DNA of 64,000 nt, taken from NCBI GenBank assembly GCA_965662235.1, contig CBFIGY010000008.1, positions 1 through 64,000 of the forward strand. The letters are read 5' to 3'. The stretch comes from an uncultured bacterium (GTDB lineage: Bacteria; SAR324; NAC60-12). Positions 58,878 through 64,000 of this stretch are shown here, in pieces. Below the pieces are notes generated by a model. It made no database searches, was not told the DNA's origin, and worked only from the letters and a program-made list of their open reading frames with translations. A program made the position numbers and the translations under genes. Position 1 is the first letter of the stretch. Each line of letters starts with the position of its first letter.

Positions 58878-59261
58878 ATGCCTGCACTTGAATTCTATCA
58901 GGTCCGGAGTCGGAAATCCGAGGAATGGGTCAATGGGCTCCGGCAGATCAGCCTGGCGTGCGATGGGCATCCGGACCTGCACGGCTTCCTCTGGGTGGAC
59001 GCAACTGGAAGCCTCTGCTACCTGCAGTTTCTCTTCGACGAGCAGGTTCTGGAGTGGGAAGCCTCTCAGGGCTTTCGCTGCTCCTGGACCAACCGTGAAG
59101 CGCAATCGTTGTTTGAAGTGGGACGGAACAAGGGGGCCCGGACGCTGGGGGACGGGCTGGAGGCAGCGGCTGTGGCTCCAAGGCTGGCTCAGCTGCAGGA
59201 GGCTCTTTTTCCGGAGGAGTGGCAGGAGCCGCTGCAGGCGATTTTCAGCGCTCAGCGTTGA
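58878..59261 (+). CDS. hypothetical protein
   Basis: Fills the gap between dapB and the next ORF; ATG at 58878 preferred. No family recognised. Confidence 0.55.
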   Translation: MPALEFYQVRSRKSEEWVNGLRQISLACDGHPDLHGFLWVDATGSLCYLQFLFDEQVLEWEASQGFRCSWTNREAQSLFEVGRNKGARTLGDGLEAAAVAPRLAQLQEALFPEEWQEPLQAIFSAQR

Positions 59262-59470
59262 GCTGCGCGCCAGGCCATTTGAATGGAAAGGTAACCGGCC
59301 AGCACCCCGTCTTCGTAGTTGAAGAGCGGGTCGTTGACCAGCTGAGGGAAGTCTTGGGGATTTCGGATGTCTTCAGGCGTGACGCCCGGCGCGAGCTCGC
59401 GGGCGAGACGAAGCAGCTTCTCCTGCTGCCGCGTGACCATCTGATCCAGAGTGGCATCAAAGGAGTCCAT
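59252..59470 (-). CDS. small conserved-looking hypothetical protein (72 aa)
   Basis: Start overlaps the fliA stop; TPEDIRNPQDFPQL...FNYEDGVLAG looks like a constrained motif. Confidence 0.7.
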   Translation of the reverse strand: MDSFDATLDQMVTRQQEKLLRLARELAPGVTPEDIRNPQDFPQLVNDPLFNYEDGVLAGYLSIQMAWRAAQR

Positions 59471-60216
59471 CAGTTGATGACCTCCTTGAGCTTGGACCGG
59501 AGCTTGAGGATGGACTTGGTCCGAATCTGCGAGACTCGGGATTCCACGACACCGAGCACCTGACCAATTTCCTTCAGGTTCAGCTCCTCGTTGTAGTACA
59601 GGGCCAGTACCATCTGTTCCTGCTCCGTGAGCGTCTCAATCGCCAGCGCGACCTGATCCTGAAGCTGCTGCATGGAAAGGGAGTCGTAGGCGTCCTTGGC
59701 ATCAGGATCACTGATCGCATCCAGTAGACTCACGCTTTCGTCTTCATCAAGTCCGGCACTGAATTCCTCAAAGGAAATCAGCGGAATGGGCTTGGCCTTG
59801 GCGAGGAATTCGTGGTACTCGGAGAGCGAGAGCCCCAGCTGCGTCGACATTTCGGTGTCCGTGGGCTCTCGTCCGAGTTCGGAAGCCTTGCTCCGCCACG
59901 CCTCATCCCATTCAGTGGCGGCATTCCGCACGGAGCGCGGGACCCAGTCCATGGAACGCAACTCGTCCAAAATGGCTCCCTTGATGCGGAACTCCGCATA
60001 GGTCTTGAACTGAACGTCCTTGCCGGGATCAAATTTGTCCACGGCGTCGAGCAGTCCAATCATGCCTGCCTGAATCAGTTCTTCTTGATCCACCCCTGGA
60101 GGAAACCGAGCGGCCATCCGACTGACAATGCGTTTGATCAGAGGGGCGTGCTGGAGTACCAAGTCCTCCCGGCTGTACTGCGATTTGTCGGCGTAGGGGT
60201 TGGTCTTTTGGGACAT
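59470..60216 (-). CDS. fliA: flagellar sigma factor sigma28
   Basis: LIQAGMIGLLDA; YAEFRIKGAILDELRSMDWVPRSVR; LKEIGQVLGVVESRVSQI. Start at MSQKT. Confidence 0.96.
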   Translation of the reverse strand: MSQKTNPYADKSQYSREDLVLQHAPLIKRIVSRMAARFPPGVDQEELIQAGMIGLLDAVDKFDPGKDVQFKTYAEFRIKGAILDELRSMDWVPRSVRNAATEWDEAWRSKASELGREPTDTEMSTQLGLSLSEYHEFLAKAKPIPLISFEEFSAGLDEDESVSLLDAISDPDAKDAYDSLSMQQLQDQVALAIETLTEQEQMVLALYYNEELNLKEIGQVLGVVESRVSQIRTKSILKLRSKLKEVIN

Positions 60217-60275
60217 CCGAAATAAAGGCTCGGGGCGTTCGTGGGGCGGGGCCCCAGTGTGTTGTGACGACAGCA

Positions 60276-61157
60276 TTACTTCCGCTCCTTCCACTGCAAG
60301 AAACGCTCCCAAAATCGAGGTTTGTCCTCGAAGGGCATTTCCGAAAGCGATACCGCATTGTTGGTTGCCTCCTCCAAGCGCGACGCCATGGCCCGGAGGC
60401 TCTTGGCGGCAGGCGAGTTGGGGAACGCCTCCAACAGGGGACGCTGCATCCGCACGGACTTGGCAAGGTCGGTATCGCGCGGAATGTACCCAAGGTAGTT
60501 GAGCTCCACCTGCAAAAAGTCCCGGGTGACCTTCTGGAGTCGCTCGAAGACGTTCCGGCCTTCTGCCTGAGACGCAACCGAGTTGGCGATCAGGTTGAAA
60601 CTCCGGACGTTGTAACGGTTGACCATCACCTTAATGGTGGAGTAGGCATCGGTCAAGGAAGACGGATCGGGGGTCGCCACCAGCAGCACCTCATCCGCGC
60701 TGACGTTGAAACGTAGCACACCAGAGGAGATGCCTGCACCGGTATCAATGATGAGGTAGTCGATGGACTCTTCTAGTTCCGCCAGCATCTGCATCAGGTT
60801 GTCCTGATCCTCTTCACCCAGCTCGGCCAGCTCGACCACTCCGGAACCTGAGGGCAGGACCTTCATGTTCCCCGGGCCGTCCAGCACAATGTCCCGGAGG
60901 TGCTTCTCTCCTGCGAGCACGTGCTCAATGGTGTAATCCGGAGTCAGATTGAGGAGGACGTCGATGTTCGCTAGTCCGAGGTCGGCATCAAGGAGGTACA
61001 CCCGGCGTCCGAGGCTAGCGAGGGCGTAGGCCAGGTTGATGGAAACGTTGGTCTTCCCGACTCCCCCTTTGCCGCTGGTGACGCTCAGCACCCGAGCCTG
61101 GCGGCGCGGGAGGGAGGTCTCATGTACAATACGGCGTAACGAGCTGGCTTGATCCAT
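60276..61157 (-). CDS. flhG: flagellar number regulator FlhG (MinD-like ATPase)
   Basis: MDQASSLRR N-terminus; SGKGGVGKT; DADLGLAN; DTGAG; SLTDAY. Confidence 0.94.
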   Translation of the reverse strand: MDQASSLRRIVHETSLPRRQARVLSVTSGKGGVGKTNVSINLAYALASLGRRVYLLDADLGLANIDVLLNLTPDYTIEHVLAGEKHLRDIVLDGPGNMKVLPSGSGVVELAELGEEDQDNLMQMLAELEESIDYLIIDTGAGISSGVLRFNVSADEVLLVATPDPSSLTDAYSTIKVMVNRYNVRSFNLIANSVASQAEGRNVFERLQKVTRDFLQVELNYLGYIPRDTDLAKSVRMQRPLLEAFPNSPAAKSLRAMASRLEEATNNAVSLSEMPFEDKPRFWERFLQWKERK

Positions 61158-61179
61158 GTTCAGCACGTTTGGGAAGAGC

Positions 61180-62460
61180 TCATGAGCCGGAGATGTTCAG
61201 CAGCAGGTCGACCAGCCGCTCTTTGGTCGCCATCTCAATGTCCTCCGGAACCTTCTGTCCTGTGGTCAGGAAGGAAATGGGCTTCTTGAAACGGATCACA
61301 TGGTTGAAGAGGGAGCCGTACGACGAGCTTTCATCCAGCTTGGTGAAGACGATGCCTTCGAGAGGCAGCGTCCCAAAGCGCCGGGTGATCTCGTTCATGT
61401 CGTTGTCCTTGGTCGTTGCACTCAGCACCAACAGGTTGTGGATCCGACCTCGCTCATCGAAGATGTTCCGGAGCTCAAACATCTGGTTCTCGTCACGCTG
61501 CGAGCAGCCTCCGGTGTCGATGATGATCACCTCGTAATCGGAGTAGCTTTCAATGGCCTTGTCGAGCTCCTCTTTGTTGGAGACGGTGCTCAGCGGCACA
61601 TTGATGATCTTGGCGTAGGTCCGGAGCTGCTCAACGGCGGCAATCCGGAAGGTGTCAATGGTGATGAGCGCGACCTTGCGCTTGTAGCGGAGCATCTGCT
61701 CGGAAGCGATCTTGGCGGCCGTGGTAGTCTTGCCCACTCCGGTGGGACCAATGAGGGCGATGATCTTCTGAGACCCTGTGACGCCTTCGATGCCGCGGGA
61801 GGTTTTCAGGACCTTCATCAGCATCCGGGCAATGAAGATCTTCACATAGGAGAAGTTCTGCAGGTCCTCCTCGGTGATGTTCTTCTGTGCTTCCAGAACC
61901 AGTCGTCGGGCAAATTTTTCTTCCATGCCCCCGAACTTCATCTGCTGGTAGAGGACCATCAGGTTCTCCGGAAGGTTCAGGTCTTCCTGAACGCTGTTCC
62001 GGGAGGCCATCAGGTGCAGCATGTGCCGCATTTCGCCGAGCTCGTGCTTGAGCTGAGTGACCGAGTAGCCTTCATAGGCAGTGTTGCGGCTGCTCAGTTC
62101 CTGCACCAGCTCCCGGAGGCTGTGCAGCTCCTGCCGGATGGGCAGCAGGGCCTTCTGAGGATCCTGGAAGCCTCCGGTCGCAGGGGTCGCCGCAGCAGAA
62201 GGGGCGGATTCGGCGTCAGTAGAAGGCGCTGGCGTTTTGTAGGCGGCTGGCAGCTTCGTCTTGGTGAGGACATCCCCTCCGTTCTTGCGGTCGTCTTTGG
62301 CTGCGGTCACCTCAAGCATCGTTTTGCCAAACAGGCCAAAGGTCCCTTTCCCTTCACGGACTTGCCGAGTGGAGACGATCACAGCGTCCGGACCAAGGTC
62401 GCGTTTAATCATCTGCAACGCTTCCTGAATGGTGTTGACGCGGTAACGCTTAAGATTCAT
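61180..62460 (-). CDS. flhF: flagellar biosynthesis GTPase FlhF
   Basis: LGPDAVIVS; GPTGVGKTTTAAK; DTFRIAAVEQL; TKLDE; GQKVPEDI. Confidence 0.96.
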   Translation of the reverse strand: MNLKRYRVNTIQEALQMIKRDLGPDAVIVSTRQVREGKGTFGLFGKTMLEVTAAKDDRKNGGDVLTKTKLPAAYKTPAPSTDAESAPSAAATPATGGFQDPQKALLPIRQELHSLRELVQELSSRNTAYEGYSVTQLKHELGEMRHMLHLMASRNSVQEDLNLPENLMVLYQQMKFGGMEEKFARRLVLEAQKNITEEDLQNFSYVKIFIARMLMKVLKTSRGIEGVTGSQKIIALIGPTGVGKTTTAAKIASEQMLRYKRKVALITIDTFRIAAVEQLRTYAKIINVPLSTVSNKEELDKAIESYSDYEVIIIDTGGCSQRDENQMFELRNIFDERGRIHNLLVLSATTKDNDMNEITRRFGTLPLEGIVFTKLDESSSYGSLFNHVIRFKKPISFLTTGQKVPEDIEMATKERLVDLLLNISGS

Positions 62461-62503
62461 GGGGTATCCAAATCTACGTTAGAGAAAATTTTGAGAAGGT
62501 GTC

Positions 62504-64000
62504 TTACTCGTTGCCGACGAGCTCCACCATGCCCAGCGCTTCGATTCGTACATCCTGGGCGACTTCGTTGTGCGACAGCACCACCAGGTTGGGCAGGAAC
62601 CGCTCCACCAGACGACGGACGTGGGGTCGAATCAGCGGGGAGCACAGCAGCAGTGGCTGGTAGTTGTTCAGGGTGAATTGCTCCATCATCGAGTCAATTC
62701 CGTTGATGATCATCTGGGCCACTGCCGGACTCAGTCCTAGGTAAGCGCCCTGTCCCGAATCCTGGATGGAGTTGGCAATCTGGTTCTCCAGCTCCTGCGA
62801 CAGGGTGATCAGCGGCAGCATGCCGTCCGGAGTCTGATACTGCCGGGTGATCTGACGCGAGAGGGCCTGACGGACGTGCTCGGTGAGCAGGTCCGGGTCC
62901 TTGGTCACGTATGAGGCATCAGCCAACGTTTCCAGGACGGTGTGCAGGTCACGGATGGAGATCAGCTCCCGTAACAGGTTCTGTAGCACTTTCTGCACCA
63001 CACCCAGCGGGAGCAGTCCCGGAACCAGCTCTTCCACCACTTTCGGTTCACTCTTCGCAAAGGAATCCAGCAGCTTCTGTGCCTCCTGACGGCCAATGAA
63101 CTCGTGGGCGTGCGTTTTGAGGATTTCGGTGATGTGGGTGGCCAGAACCGTCGGTTGGTCCACAACGGTGTAGCCGGCAAACTGCGCCCGCTCTTCATCC
63201 TCAGACGCAATCCAGATGGCCGGTAGCCCAAAGGCGGGCTCAACGGTGTCTACTCCGGGAATCTCTTCGTCGACCTCTCCAGTCTTCATGGCGAGGAAGT
63301 GCCCAACCATCAGCTCAGCCCGTGCCACCTCAATGCCCTTGATCGTGATGGAGTACTCGCCTGGAGACAGCTCTAGATTGTCCTTGATGTGCAACGGCGG
63401 GACAATGAAACCAAAGTCCAGAGCCATCTGCCGCCGGATCGCCTTGACCCGCTTGAGCAGTTCGCCGTCCTGCTCCTCATCCACCAATGGGATCAACCCG
63501 TAGCCCAGTTCCAGTCCAAGCACGTCGATCGGCAGCAGCGAGGCAATGTCTTCGGGCTCTTCAGAAAGCTCCTGCTGCAGCTGCAGTTCCGAATCGGCCT
63601 CCATTTGCAACGCGGCCTGTTCGCTCTGCGTCTTACTGCTCCTGGCCAAGAAAAAGGTCACCAGCGACAGCAATAGGAACGGCACAGTGGGCAGTCCTGG
63701 AATGAGAGCAAAGGCTAGGAGGACAACAGACGCGACGTAGAGGGCCTGAACGTTTCCGAAAATCTGGGCGCGCAGGTCAACCGAAATTTTGTTCTCGGCA
63801 GACGCCTTGGTGACCGCGATACCGGCAGCGATGGAGATGATCAGGGCCGGGATCTGCGAAACCAGTCCGTCTCCCACCGTCAGGGTGGCATACGACTGGA
63901 AGGCGTCTCCGGCGGTCATTCCAAACTGCGTGATGCCAACCAGCAGTCCCCCAAGGATGTTGATGGACGTGATGATCAGGCCGGCAATGGCGTCACCGCG
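62504..64000 (-). CDS. flhA: flagellar export protein FlhA (5' truncated by window)
   Basis: Frame open to the window end (RGDAIAGLIITSINILGG); LTVGDGLVSQIPAL; LELGYGLIPLV; precedes flhF. Confidence 0.96.
   Translation of the reverse strand, partial: RGDAIAGLIITSINILGGLLVGITQFGMTAGDAFQSYATLTVGDGLVSQIPALIISIAAGIAVTKASAENKISVDLRAQIFGNVQALYVASVVLLAFALIPGLPTVPFLLLSLVTFFLARSSKTQSEQAALQMEADSELQLQQELSEEPEDIASLLPIDVLGLELGYGLIPLVDEEQDGELLKRVKAIRRQMALDFGFIVPPLHIKDNLELSPGEYSITIKGIEVARAELMVGHFLAMKTGEVDEEIPGVDTVEPAFGLPAIWIASEDEERAQFAGYTVVDQPTVLATHITEILKTHAHEFIGRQEAQKLLDSFAKSEPKVVEELVPGLLPLGVVQKVLQNLLRELISIRDLHTVLETLADASYVTKDPDLLTEHVRQALSRQITRQYQTPDGMLPLITLSQELENQIANSIQDSGQGAYLGLSPAVAQMIINGIDSMMEQFTLNNYQPLLLCSPLIRPHVRRLVERFLPNLVVLSHNEVAQDVRIEALGMVELVGNE

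Noticed and set aside
61300..62676. 458-aa + strand ORF
   Set aside because: Antisense shadow of flhF/flhA.

Overview
64 kb of gene-dense bacterial chromosome, about 60% GC by eye. Gene content suggests a free-living flagellated deltaproteobacteria-like organism, possibly SAR324-like; this is an inference only. It is mostly core and metabolic genes in shuffled order. Two flagellar fragments are present: flgB-flgC-orf-fliE behind a sigma54 promoter at the left, and flhA-flhF-flhG-fliA at the right. Translation genes are aspS (non-discriminating type), serS, gatA, valS and miaA. Other genes: an RhlE-type DEAD-box helicase, a large orphan PrkA-like AAA+ protein, aapJQMP and ugpBAEC ABC transporters, ftsL-ftsI followed by a menE with a long extra C-terminal domain, a secreted tandem PilJ/NarX-type sensor upstream of an MCP, an aromatic-acid catabolic cluster, MoxR-plsY-apeB, a LigE-type ATP-dependent DNA ligase, a Nudix-MBL fusion and several hypotheticals. 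I saw no tRNA, rRNA, CRISPR array, integrase or transposase. The most unusual non-genic signal is strong, frame-independent over-representation of the palindrome TCCGGA: about 29 copies counted by eye in the first 10 kb and about 25 in the last 10 kb, against about 3 expected. This resembles a HIP-like highly iterated palindrome. All product calls come from motif recognition; no database search was run.
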